From an uncultured Bdellovibrionales bacterium (GTDB taxonomy: Bacteria > Patescibacteriota > Minisyncoccia > Moranbacterales > UBA1568), in the NCBI GenBank assembly GCA_964436855.1, contig CAYTED010000002.1, positions 13,925 to 77,924 of the forward strand: DNA of 64,000 bases, given 5' to 3'. A model generated the notes under the pieces. It made no database searches. It was not told the origin of the DNA and worked only from the letters and a program-made list of their open reading frames with translations. Each line of letters begins with the position of its first letter. Positions within the stretch are counted from its first letter, which is position 1. Shown here piece after piece: positions 38,160 through 47,026 of the stretch. Position numbers and translations under genes: made by a program.

Positions 38160-38773
38160 AATGTTTCTTTCTGACCAATTACCTGCACCCACTTTGTTCT
38201 TCCGATCGCACTTACATTCGAAAAACAAATCTTCATACCAAAACTCCTCAGCATATCTTCTAGTTCATTCTGAGTATAATAACTAAAAAATCGCTCATAA
38301 TCATATCCGTAATCATTTTCCCTGACAATTTCTTCTTCTGGCTGACCCTCCCTAAGCTCTTTCACTGCAATATATATAAAACCATTCAAACTCAGAATTT
38401 TTTCAAATTTTTTTAATATTCCAACCACCTCTTTCTTTGGAATATGAAGTAGTACTGCCTGCATGAAAATTCCATCAAATTTCGTATCTGGATATACATC
38501 CTTACGAATATCCAATACTTGAAATATTCCTTTTTGAGCTTCTTTCCTCGCGATTTCTATGAAATTCGAAGAAAAATCAATTCCCATTACATCAAATCCT
38601 CTTTCAATAAATGCTCGTGATTTTACTCCGCCAGCACATCCAACATCAAGCACTTTTCCTCCGGGAGGAAGAAATTTAGAAAATACATCCAAGCCATCCT
38701 TCCACCACTCATCAGAAAGATGATCCGTATGCCAATCAGCGGCTATTTTCTCATATGTATCACGAAGATTCAT
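38156..38773 (-). CDS. Class I SAM-dependent methyltransferase
   Basis: VLDVGCAGG and FDGIF..AVLLH motifs. Confidence 0.92.
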   Translation of the reverse strand: MNLRDTYEKIAADWHTDHLSDEWWKDGLDVFSKFLPPGGKVLDVGCAGGVKSRAFIERGFDVMGIDFSSNFIEIARKEAQKGIFQVLDIRKDVYPDTKFDGIFMQAVLLHIPKKEVVGILKKFEKILSLNGFIYIAVKELREGQPEEEIVRENDYGYDYERFFSYYTQNELEDMLRSFGMKICFSNVSAIGRTKWVQVIGQKETL

Positions 38774-38778
38774 ATCGC

Positions 38779-39105
38779 TTACAAAATTTTAAATCGTATC
38801 AGCTTGATTTCCGTATCCATCGTGACCGAATCACCATAGTAGGATCGGAATGCTTCCAGCATTTTTTCATCGCTCGCATACCGTTCGTGTCCATTCTTAA
38901 AGTCCGTTTCATCAATCTGCCTGAGTGCTTTTTTTCTCACGGAAATTATCTCCGCTTGCGCAAATTCTTTGCCTGTTGATTTGTTTACGAGTACCAGATC
39001 ATCTCCCACGGAGAGATCCTTGTCATCAAAAATCCGCCAGGTGGAAGTCTTTTCCCCGGAAAGCACTAATTTCGACAATTCATCCGTAAACTTCAGCGTT
39101 TTCAT
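38779..39105 (-). CDS. ASCH domain protein
   Basis: VLSGEKTSTWR (GxKxxTxR) motif. Confidence 0.88.
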   Translation of the reverse strand: MKTLKFTDELSKLVLSGEKTSTWRIFDDKDLSVGDDLVLVNKSTGKEFAQAEIISVRKKALRQIDETDFKNGHERYASDEKMLEAFRSYYGDSVTMDTEIKLIRFKIL

Positions 39106-39106
39106 A

Positions 39107-39334
39107 TTATTCTTTTTCGCCGATATACTCAAACCTCGGTCGACGCACGCCGTCGATTTCTATTTCTTCAAGAAATATTCCCTTGGGGCGAACCCAGAAT
39201 GCACGATCACCAAATTCCTCTGAATCATACAGTGCACGGTATACAACCAATTCCTCCAAAGTCTCTGAATGCCGAGCAACACCAATTACCTCGTACTGTT
39301 TCTTTTTATAATGTTCGTATATTCCGAGTTTCAT
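39107..39334 (-). CDS. DUF1653 protein
   Basis: GIYEHYK, ARHSETLEELVVYRALY and WVRP motifs. Confidence 0.92.
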   Translation of the reverse strand: MKLGIYEHYKKKQYEVIGVARHSETLEELVVYRALYDSEEFGDRAFWVRPKGIFLEEIEIDGVRRPRFEYIGEKE

Positions 39335-39339
39335 ATTGT

Positions 39340-40191
39340 TTACAGAAATGATTTCAATAATTGTAATTTCCGATCAATACCCTCACGGAATGAAGCATTT
39401 GGATGGTTAACCACAAAGAATTTATCTGCTTCCAAAAGAACAAGCTTCATTTCACCAGAAGAAGTCTGAAACAGTACAAGGTTATTTTTTCCTAAAAGAT
39501 CTACCACCTCACCATTTTCTTGAGCATATTTCAAGGTAATATCTGCAAACCGAGCGATATCCTCCTTTATTTTTGGATTATTTTGAAAAATAGCATTGAG
39601 CTTTGTATCGTTCTTTTGATCAAGGACATCGACCAAGTTAGTCCCCAAAAACTCCTGAAACGATATAATGGCCTTTTGATCTTTCCAATAATGTTTTCCG
39701 ACAAAAAAATATTCTTCTAGAACCACTCCTGGCATCTCCCGATAAATATCACGAGCACGCTCACATTGTTGTTTAATTTTTTTTCCTGTTTCAATGAGCG
39801 TCTCAGTGTCTCTAGAGGATCGAACGGTATTAAATTTAAGAACTAAGGAGGGCTGCCCTTGCTCCTGTGATTCGAGGAGAAATACAACCTTATCATATCC
39901 GCCTCCCACCTCCTTGGCATGAAAACGAAACTTCCCATCAGAATTTCGAACATCAATTGGGAGAGCTTCATTAGCTCGCGATATGCCAGCCTGATATTCC
40001 TTGCGACTTCTATCACGAAAGGCATCCGGCATCATTGATCCTACAGAACCAACAAAAGCAAGAACGCGATCCAGAGTTGTTACATCTGGAGAAAATATAC
40101 GCTCTTTATAGTCCTCAAGATTTTTCGTTTCATCTCGAGCTGCCTCTTCGAAAACTTTTCTCGCAACATTTAGTCCTTCTGAGATACTCAT
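39340..40191 (-). CDS. Divergent protein-kinase-like-fold protein
   Basis: VGGGYDKVV, LVLK, QEFL, DLLGKNNLV and LVLLEAD in kinase-like order; AT-rich. Confidence 0.55.
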   Translation of the reverse strand: MSISEGLNVARKVFEEAARDETKNLEDYKERIFSPDVTTLDRVLAFVGSVGSMMPDAFRDRSRKEYQAGISRANEALPIDVRNSDGKFRFHAKEVGGGYDKVVFLLESQEQGQPSLVLKFNTVRSSRDTETLIETGKKIKQQCERARDIYREMPGVVLEEYFFVGKHYWKDQKAIISFQEFLGTNLVDVLDQKNDTKLNAIFQNNPKIKEDIARFADITLKYAQENGEVVDLLGKNNLVLFQTSSGEMKLVLLEADKFFVVNHPNASFREGIDRKLQLLKSFL

Positions 40192-40210
40192 ACTCTATTT
40201 TCATATCTTC

Positions 40211-41335
40211 CTACTTACAAAACAATTTCACATACTGATCCATGCCCTTCAGAAACTGTTCTGGGTGATTTTCCATTTCTTTGAGAAGCTCGTCCTGAGT
40301 GAACCATTTTACTTTCTGTACTTCAATGGGATCAATCACAAATTCCGAAGCAGCCTCTTCTGTTTCAAACAGATACCATTGGCAGAAATAATTATATTCT
40401 CCTGACATTCTGATCTTTGGCCCTATTGTTGGAGTTATATTTTCGAGCCCTATTTCTTCAGTAGCTTCTTTTCGAATATTATCTACATATTCTTCACCTT
40501 CTTCAACCGTTCCTGCGACTGCTGGACCCCATTTCCCCGGATTGTGAGCCTTTGTCAATGCTCTTTGAGCAAGCAAAATCTCACTCTTTCTATTTGTAAT
40601 CCACAAAGCAGAGACTCGGTAAATATCTTCCTGTGCCACAAGCCCTCTATCCTTGTAGTCAATGACTATATCATTCTCATTAACGATAGGAATTTTCATA
40701 CTATTTTTTGTAACCAAATGGTCTCCTGAATCACTAACAATGTCTGCTTGTGATTTCAACTGTTGAGATTCCAGTTCTTCCTGTACTATCTTCCATAAAT
40801 CTTTCAGTTCAGGAAAGTTATTCACCGACTCATCCGCCCAGTGTAACAAAATAGGATAAATATCACGACTCTCCCAATTCTTTGCGCCAAGGTCGCATCT
40901 CTGAATAATCACCTCTATCTTATCAAGCGCTTTCGCAAACTTAGCCTCAGCAGAAGTCTGATATTCATATTCTAACCAAAGCGACTTCAATGAACTCCCT
41001 GATGCGTCAGGTAAAATATTATACAGACTTTCAGCGGCCTCTAATTCTTTCTTTTGTTGTATATTATGAGCATTTACATCATTTTTATTCAATATCCAAA
41101 CATCACCTGCAATTGCCTCAACAATGTCATGAACAAGCACGACTTCTAAAGTTTTTAATAAATCAACCTTGAGTTTCAGTTCTCTATGGAGAATCATTGC
41201 CATTAAAGCGACTCTCCAGCTATGTTCAGCAGGACTCTCTTTTCTTGAGTTATTACTGATTGAGACTTTCCGCTGCACAGTCTTAAGTTTCTCGACTCTA
41301 TTCAGAAAAATCAGTATTTGCTTCAAGTCATCCAT
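40211..41335 (-). CDS. HD-domain phosphohydrolase - Nudix fusion
   Basis: ESPAEHSWR, VHDIVE and ALDK, then GTVEEGE...KEATEEIG; start set at ATG 41335. Confidence 0.9.
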   Translation of the reverse strand: MDDLKQILIFLNRVEKLKTVQRKVSISNNSRKESPAEHSWRVALMAMILHRELKLKVDLLKTLEVVLVHDIVEAIAGDVWILNKNDVNAHNIQQKKELEAAESLYNILPDASGSSLKSLWLEYEYQTSAEAKFAKALDKIEVIIQRCDLGAKNWESRDIYPILLHWADESVNNFPELKDLWKIVQEELESQQLKSQADIVSDSGDHLVTKNSMKIPIVNENDIVIDYKDRGLVAQEDIYRVSALWITNRKSEILLAQRALTKAHNPGKWGPAVAGTVEEGEEYVDNIRKEATEEIGLENITPTIGPKIRMSGEYNYFCQWYLFETEEAASEFVIDPIEVQKVKWFTQDELLKEMENHPEQFLKGMDQYVKLFCK

Positions 41336-41358
41336 AAACAAAGTCACGATCACTTGAC

Positions 41359-44043
41359 TTATACTCCGTGACACTTCTTATACTTCTTTCCGCTGCCGCA
41401 CGGGCAAGGGTCGTTGCGACCGATGGCTTCTTGATTGACAATCGGGGCTTGCGGTTCCCGTAACCCCTCCCGTAACCCCTCACCCTCGTGGACTCGGGAG
41501 CTCCCCTTCCCAAGTGGAGCAGGAGAAGAAAACTGGCGAACATCCTCATCTGCGCCACGAAGTTCAATATTCTTCGGCTTCCTTTCTTCTGTCGCTTGAC
41601 TTGCCGTTGCCGGAGCAACTTTAAAAATCGTTACCAGATAATTTTTTCGAACCGCGTCAAGCAATCCAACAAAAAGATCGTATGCCTCGCGCTTGTATTC
41701 AACAAGCGGGTCGCGCTGACCATACCCGCGAAGTCCGATTCCTTGCCGCAGATAATCAATTTCATCCAAATGATTCATCCAGAGCGTATCGATAGAGCGA
41801 AGGAGAAGCGCTTTCTGTACTTGATTCCAGACATTTGCGCCGAAGAGTGTTTCCCGCTCATGAGAGACTTTTTTCGCTTCCCCGATGAGATATTCTTGAA
41901 GAAGTGTTCGTTTTTCGAGTTCGTCTTTCGATCGATCGTCGCGGATCGCCTCGCATTTTGCAAGTGCCGTTTTTTCATCGAATGTCGGGAAAAGACCGTT
42001 CGCTTCGGTAATGATTTCTTTTACATTCCACTCGGACTCTTCCGCCGCGGTATAAAAACCGATCATCTTCTCGAATTCTTCCGCGAGGAGCCGTTCCGTT
42101 TCCGAGCGCATATCGGTCGCCTCGAGTACGGTGCGTCGACGACGATATACCACTTCGCGCTGCTTGTTCATCACGTCATCGTATTCAAGCACGTGTTTCC
42201 GAATATCGAAGTTGAATCCTTCGATTTTTGTTTGAGCGCTTTCTATTACCTTGGAAATCAGGACATTTTGTATCGGCTCGTCTTCCGGGATATTGAGCGA
42301 GGTCATCATTCCCTTTAATTTTTCCCCACCGAACCGACGCATGAGTTCGTCTTCAAGCGAGAGGTAAAATTGCGACATCCCGGGATCGCCTTGGCGTCCC
42401 GCGCGGCCGCGAAGCTGATTGTCGATTCGTCTTGCCTCGTGCCGTTCGGTGCCGATGATAAAAAGTCCGCCGAGTTCTTTGACCCCTTCGCTTAACTTGA
42501 TATCCGTACCGCGACCCGCCATATTGGTTGCGATCGTGACCATTCCCTTTGCACCCGCGTTTACGATAATATTCGCTTCTTTTTCGTGTTGCTTCGCATT
42601 CAAAACCTGATGATCAATCCCTTCGCGCTCAAGAAGCGCCGCCAAATATTCGGATTTTTCAATCGCGATCGTTCCGACAAGAATTGGTTGTCCGGTAGCA
42701 TGAATCTCCTTGATTCGCTCGACAATTTTCGCGAATTTCATTTCTTCCGTTTTGTAGACGATATCGCCCAAATCTTTTCGCACCATAATACGGTGCGTTG
42801 GAATCTCGACGACATCGAGTTTGTAGACTTTGGCAAATTCTTCCGCCGACGTCGAGGCGGTACCGGTCATACCGGCGAGTTTTTTGTACAATCGAAAATA
42901 GTTCTGAAACGTGATCGTCGCGAGAGTTCGCGATTCGCGTTGCACAGCAACGTGTTCTTTCGCTTCGATCGCTTGGTGAAGTCCATCGCTATAACGCCGC
43001 CCCGGCATAAGCCGCCCGGTAAAGTCGTCGACAATAATAATCTCTCCATCCTTGACGACATAATCGCGATCGCGATGCATAATCACTTCCGCGCGAAGCG
43101 ATTGTTCGAGGTGGTGCACATACTGCACATTTCCCGCCGCATAGAGATTGCCCGCGCCGAGGAGTTCCTCGACACGAGTGATTCCGGCATCGGTGAGGGT
43201 CACGGTTTTTGTTTTCTCTTCGACGGTGTAGTGTTCTTCGGCACGCAGTTTCGGCATAATCTGCGCAAATCGTTCGTAGAGTTTGGTGGATTCCGCATCG
43301 GGCGCAGAGATAATAAGCGGGGTGCGCGCCTCATCGATTAAAATAGAGTCTACCTCATCGACAATCGCATAGTGCAGTTCGCGCTGCACCATTTCTTCCG
43401 CACTCGACACCATATTGTCACGGAGGTAATCGAAACCGAATTCATTGTTTGTACCATAAGTAATATCGGTGTGATACGCTTCGCGTCGTGTAATCGGTAC
43501 CAAATTTTGCATATCGACCGTCGCCTCATTTTGATCGTCGGGATTGTTTGGTTCAAACCGATACGATACACCCTGCTGGTTGATACAGGAGGTGGAAAGC
43601 CCGAGAAAATGATACACCTCCCCCATCCAACTCGCATCACGTCTTGAAAGATAGTCGTTCACAGTAACAACGTGCACGCCCTTCCCCTCGAGAGCGTTGA
43701 GGTAAATCGGAAGCGTTGAGGTAAGCGTCTTTCCCTCACCGGTTTTCATCTCGGCGATTTTCCCCTGATGCAGGACAATACCTCCCATCAATTGAACGTC
43801 GAAGTGTCGTTGTTTGATTGTTCGATTTGCCGCTTCGCGCACAACCGCAAATGCCTGCGGGAGAATATCATCAACCGTCTTACCTTGCGCGAGTCGATTT
43901 TTAAACTCATCCGTTTTGGCACGAAGAGCTTCATCGGAAAGTTTTGAAATTTCCGGTTCAAAATCGTTTACCTGTCGGATGAATGGCTCGAGTTTGGACA
44001 CGACTCGCTCATTGGATCCAAAAAGTTTTGTCAAAAATTTCAT
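41359..44043 (-). CDS. secA: Preprotein translocase SecA
   Basis: MKTGEGKT, DEVD, NMAGRGTDI and C-terminal GRNDPCPCGSGKKYKKCHG; start set at ATG 44043. Confidence 0.99.
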   Translation of the reverse strand: MKFLTKLFGSNERVVSKLEPFIRQVNDFEPEISKLSDEALRAKTDEFKNRLAQGKTVDDILPQAFAVVREAANRTIKQRHFDVQLMGGIVLHQGKIAEMKTGEGKTLTSTLPIYLNALEGKGVHVVTVNDYLSRRDASWMGEVYHFLGLSTSCINQQGVSYRFEPNNPDDQNEATVDMQNLVPITRREAYHTDITYGTNNEFGFDYLRDNMVSSAEEMVQRELHYAIVDEVDSILIDEARTPLIISAPDAESTKLYERFAQIMPKLRAEEHYTVEEKTKTVTLTDAGITRVEELLGAGNLYAAGNVQYVHHLEQSLRAEVIMHRDRDYVVKDGEIIIVDDFTGRLMPGRRYSDGLHQAIEAKEHVAVQRESRTLATITFQNYFRLYKKLAGMTGTASTSAEEFAKVYKLDVVEIPTHRIMVRKDLGDIVYKTEEMKFAKIVERIKEIHATGQPILVGTIAIEKSEYLAALLEREGIDHQVLNAKQHEKEANIIVNAGAKGMVTIATNMAGRGTDIKLSEGVKELGGLFIIGTERHEARRIDNQLRGRAGRQGDPGMSQFYLSLEDELMRRFGGEKLKGMMTSLNIPEDEPIQNVLISKVIESAQTKIEGFNFDIRKHVLEYDDVMNKQREVVYRRRRTVLEATDMRSETERLLAEEFEKMIGFYTAAEESEWNVKEIITEANGLFPTFDEKTALAKCEAIRDDRSKDELEKRTLLQEYLIGEAKKVSHERETLFGANVWNQVQKALLLRSIDTLWMNHLDEIDYLRQGIGLRGYGQRDPLVEYKREAYDLFVGLLDAVRKNYLVTIFKVAPATASQATEERKPKNIELRGADEDVRQFSSPAPLGKGSSRVHEGEGLREGLREPQAPIVNQEAIGRNDPCPCGSGKKYKKCHGV
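41463..41528. repeat. Palindromic element in frame within the secA C-terminal linker
   Basis: ACCCCTCCC..CCCTC..GGGAGCTCCCCTT..AAGTGGAG; encodes SSPAPLGKGSSRVHEGEGLREG. Confidence 0.7.
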
Positions 44044-44096
44044 AAGAAAAGCAGATACCGGATAGTAAATATGAGATGAATGGAATACAGAGAACA

Positions 44097-44123
44097 AGAT
44101 CCCGGGTCGAGCCCGGGATGACA
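44097..44123. repeat. Single REP-like palindrome (GTCATCCC family)
   Basis: AGATCCCGGGTCGAGCCCGGGATGACA. Confidence 0.8.
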
Positions 44124-44146
44124 TATTTTGTTCTGATTTTATCATC

Positions 44147-44175
44147 AAAAAAGACGCTCGTCAAAGGGCGTCTTT
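44147..44175 (-). terminator. Terminator downstream of hpf
   Basis: AAAGACGC..GCGTCTTT stem with a T6 tract on the minus strand. Confidence 0.7.
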
Positions 44176-44208
44176 CCTGTTTTTCCTTTATATAAGTCAA
44201 AAAACTTA

Positions 44209-44559
44209 TTAAAACCGGGCGGCTTTGTCGAGCGTTACTTTCTTTTTGATCGAGCGAGCGCCGCGGCGTTTCATTGTCGTTCGTTTTTCCTTGTCGCGCG
44301 TGATTTCTTTTTCGAGTTTATCAACCACAAGGTCAACTGATCCTTCGATGCTTTCGGTCGTTTCTTCCGCGCGATAAAGATGCCGTGGTGCGCGGACCAT
44401 AATTTCTACGCGGTATTTCCCCTTTTTATTCTTATCAACCTCGATCTCGAATTTCGATTCCGGGTCGGAGAGTTTTTCAAGTCTGGCGATTCGTTTGAGG
44501 ATATACGCTCTCGTTTTTTCCACCACATCGCTCGTCTGCAACAAAAATCGGGTCGTCAT
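44209..44559 (-). CDS. hpf: Ribosome hibernation factor (HPF/RaiA, short form)
   Basis: YRAEETTESIEGSVDLVVDKLEKEI; typical position upstream of secA. Confidence 0.8.
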   Translation of the reverse strand: MTTRFLLQTSDVVEKTRAYILKRIARLEKLSDPESKFEIEVDKNKKGKYRVEIMVRAPRHLYRAEETTESIEGSVDLVVDKLEKEITRDKEKRTTMKRRGARSIKKKVTLDKAARF

Positions 44560-44626
44560 ACGATTGTCTTTACAAGTTACAGAATTATTATACCACTTTT
44601 TAGAATCGAAATGCTGTTCCTTTGAT

Positions 44627-45193
44627 TCAATGTATACATTCTTTCATTTGAGCCATTTCTCTTCGTATATTTTTGTAATCCGGGAGAACTGATCCGACAA
44701 GATTCCAGAATGATTTAGAGTGGTCAAAGTGCGTCCGATGACAAAGCTCGTGTACGACAACATACTCGAGATATTTTTCCGGCAGGAAGGCGATTCGATA
44801 ATGAAACGAGAGATTTCCCGATCGAGAACAACTCCCCCAACGTGTGCGTTGATTGCGGATAGATATTGTGCCATACGAAACGCCAAGTTTCCGCGCAAAT
44901 CGCGCGACACGATCGGAAATAATCAGCCGTGCTTCACTGCGTTTTTTCTTGTATTCTTCCCGCGCTTTTTTCTGTGTCGCCACGTTTTCCGAATATCCGA
45001 TGAAGTGTTTCTCGATCCATTCTTTCGATCGATCGAGAAATCGTTCGATAAAAAAAACAGGAGTCAATCGCGGAGCGGAGAGAAGCAGCGTCCCATTCGA
45101 TCGCACCGAAAGAAGAAGACGTCGCATTCCCTTTCGACGTACAATAGCGCAAGAAACGGTCTTTCCGGAAACGATAAGATTCTTTTTCTTCAT
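44627..45193 (-). CDS. YgjP/DUF45 metal-dependent hydrolase
   Basis: RWGSCS, YVVVHELCH and HSKSFW motifs. Confidence 0.93.
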   Translation of the reverse strand: MKKKNLIVSGKTVSCAIVRRKGMRRLLLSVRSNGTLLLSAPRLTPVFFIERFLDRSKEWIEKHFIGYSENVATQKKAREEYKKKRSEARLIISDRVARFARKLGVSYGTISIRNQRTRWGSCSRSGNLSFHYRIAFLPEKYLEYVVVHELCHRTHFDHSKSFWNLVGSVLPDYKNIRREMAQMKECIH

Positions 45194-45771
45194 ACTTCGC
45201 CAAGCGCCATTTCAAGCACCGAAAGAAACTCCGTTTTTCCCTCGCTGGTTTTTGCACTGAAAGAAAGGAGCGGAAGATCCGGAAACATCCGTCTTACTTC
45301 CTCGAGATGTTTCCGATTTGCGTTTTTTCCGCCTTTATCCATTTTGTTCCCAAGGAGAAATACATTCCGACCGCACTCCTGAAGCAGAACCGTCATTTCG
45401 ACATCGGTTTCTTTCATACCGACCGAGACATCGAATACGAGTACCGTTAGGTCCAAGGAAACGTTCTCGTCACCGATAAACCAGAGAATGAGTTTTCGAA
45501 TTTTCTCGCGTTTTCCAATCGGAAGCCGAGCGTATCCATATCCCGGAAGATCGGCACAGTAGAAAGCGTCATTCACGAGGAAATAATTTATTTCGGTCGT
45601 TCGACCGGGTGTCGCGCTTGATTTTGCGATTTTCTTTCGAAAGAGTGTATTTAAAACACTTGATTTCCCGACATTCGAACGCCCCAAAAAAGCGATTGTG
45701 GGTCGCTTTTTTTCTGGTAATCCTTCCGATCCGATCACTCCTTTTACAAATTCAACCGTTTGTATTTTCAT
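45190..45771 (-). CDS. engB: GTP-binding protein EngB/YihA/YsxC
   Basis: GRSNVGKSS, DLPGYGYA and NKMD motifs. Confidence 0.96.
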   Translation of the reverse strand: MKIQTVEFVKGVIGSEGLPEKKRPTIAFLGRSNVGKSSVLNTLFRKKIAKSSATPGRTTEINYFLVNDAFYCADLPGYGYARLPIGKREKIRKLILWFIGDENVSLDLTVLVFDVSVGMKETDVEMTVLLQECGRNVFLLGNKMDKGGKNANRKHLEEVRRMFPDLPLLSFSAKTSEGKTEFLSVLEMALGEV

Positions 45772-46043
45772 TGTTCTGTTCTTTGGTGTACATTACTCAT
45801 TTTCAGATGAATAGTTTTTTGATCGATGATGTTTTTTTGAAGCTCGATATTCAATCGCAGTATTTGAGTGATATATCTCAATCGTTCAATGGTGGGCAGG
45901 GTTCGAATTTGATTTTTTTCATCGAAAATCTCCCGTTCTCTTTTTTGAAGCGAAGTCAGTTGTTCTGAAAGTTCTTGTTCAATCTCTGGTTGCGTTTTTT
46001 CGTAGTGAAAATTTTCAGGAGTGATTCCCATAATAATATTCAA
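45768..46043 (-). CDS. Small helical hypothetical protein
   Basis: Fills the murB-engB gap with an ATGA overlap to engB; true start may be ATG 46031. Confidence 0.6.
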   Translation of the reverse strand: MNIIMGITPENFHYEKTQPEIEQELSEQLTSLQKREREIFDEKNQIRTLPTIERLRYITQILRLNIELQKNIIDQKTIHLKMSNVHQRTEQ

Positions 46044-46969
46044 AACCCTACCATTTGCACTTCTTCTTGCAATCGGACACCGAACTCATCTCGAACCCTC
46101 GTTTTAATCAAACTTGAGAGCATAATAATATCTTCCGCTTTGGCATGCCCGGTATTCACGATATAGTTCGGATGATGTTCGCTTACCCTTGCGCCGCCAA
46201 TTGTTTTCCCTCGTAATCCAGCACGATCAATCAGCCATCCGGCCGGCACCTTATTGTCTCGACATGCTGCATTCGATTCTTGTTCAAATTCTTTCCGAAG
46301 TGTTGCATTCTCAACTACTGGATTGACGAAAAACGATCCCGCACAGAGTGCCGCCTGCGGATGTTTCGCTTCTCGTTTTGCGATTGTTTCTTTCATTATT
46401 TTTCGAATACTGTTTTCGTTTCCCTCGGAAAGCGAGAGTATTGCCGAAAGAATAATAAGCTCTGGATGTTCTTTGAAAAAACTTTTTCGATATCCGAAGC
46501 CGCACTCTTCGTGTTTCATTTCTTTGACCATTCCGCTTTTTTTGGAAAAAACTTTCACGGATACAATATGTCGACCGATGTCATTATCAAACGCACCCGC
46601 ATTACCGCGAATCGCACCGCCAAATGATCCCGGAATACCGGCGAGTGTTTCGAGTCCGGAGAGGGCATTTTCTGCGGCCGCGCCGAGAATGGAAGCGAGT
46701 GCGATTCCTGCTCCGGCAACAATTTTTCCGTCTTTCCGAACGGAAATTCCCCCATCGCAAATCCGAATCACAAGACCCGAAAAGCCCGTGTCAGAAAAAA
46801 GCACATTACTCCCCCCACCAAAAACAAACACGGGAACTTTTTCCCGATCGGCGGTTTCAAATGCCTCAGCAAGTTCCATTGGGTTTCCAACTTCGACAAA
46901 AAGCTTTGCTGGGCCACCAACCCGGAATGTCGTATACGGCGCAAGCGTAATATTGTGCTTAAAATACAT
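46040..46969 (-). CDS. murB: UDP-N-acetylenolpyruvoylglucosamine reductase
   Basis: GGGSN, GIPGSFGGA, AGSFFVNP and LQEEV motifs. Confidence 0.97.
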   Translation of the reverse strand: MYFKHNITLAPYTTFRVGGPAKLFVEVGNPMELAEAFETADREKVPVFVFGGGSNVLFSDTGFSGLVIRICDGGISVRKDGKIVAGAGIALASILGAAAENALSGLETLAGIPGSFGGAIRGNAGAFDNDIGRHIVSVKVFSKKSGMVKEMKHEECGFGYRKSFFKEHPELIILSAILSLSEGNENSIRKIMKETIAKREAKHPQAALCAGSFFVNPVVENATLRKEFEQESNAACRDNKVPAGWLIDRAGLRGKTIGGARVSEHHPNYIVNTGHAKAEDIIMLSSLIKTRVRDEFGVRLQEEVQMVGF

Positions 46970-47026
46970 AACTTGAGAGGTGAGAGTTTAGAAAATGCGG
47001 GGTGAGAAAAAAGCGTACAGAGAAAG

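Noticed and set aside
31928-41335. Integron cassette array
   Set aside because: Genes overlap or abut, leaving no room for attC sites; no integrase seen.
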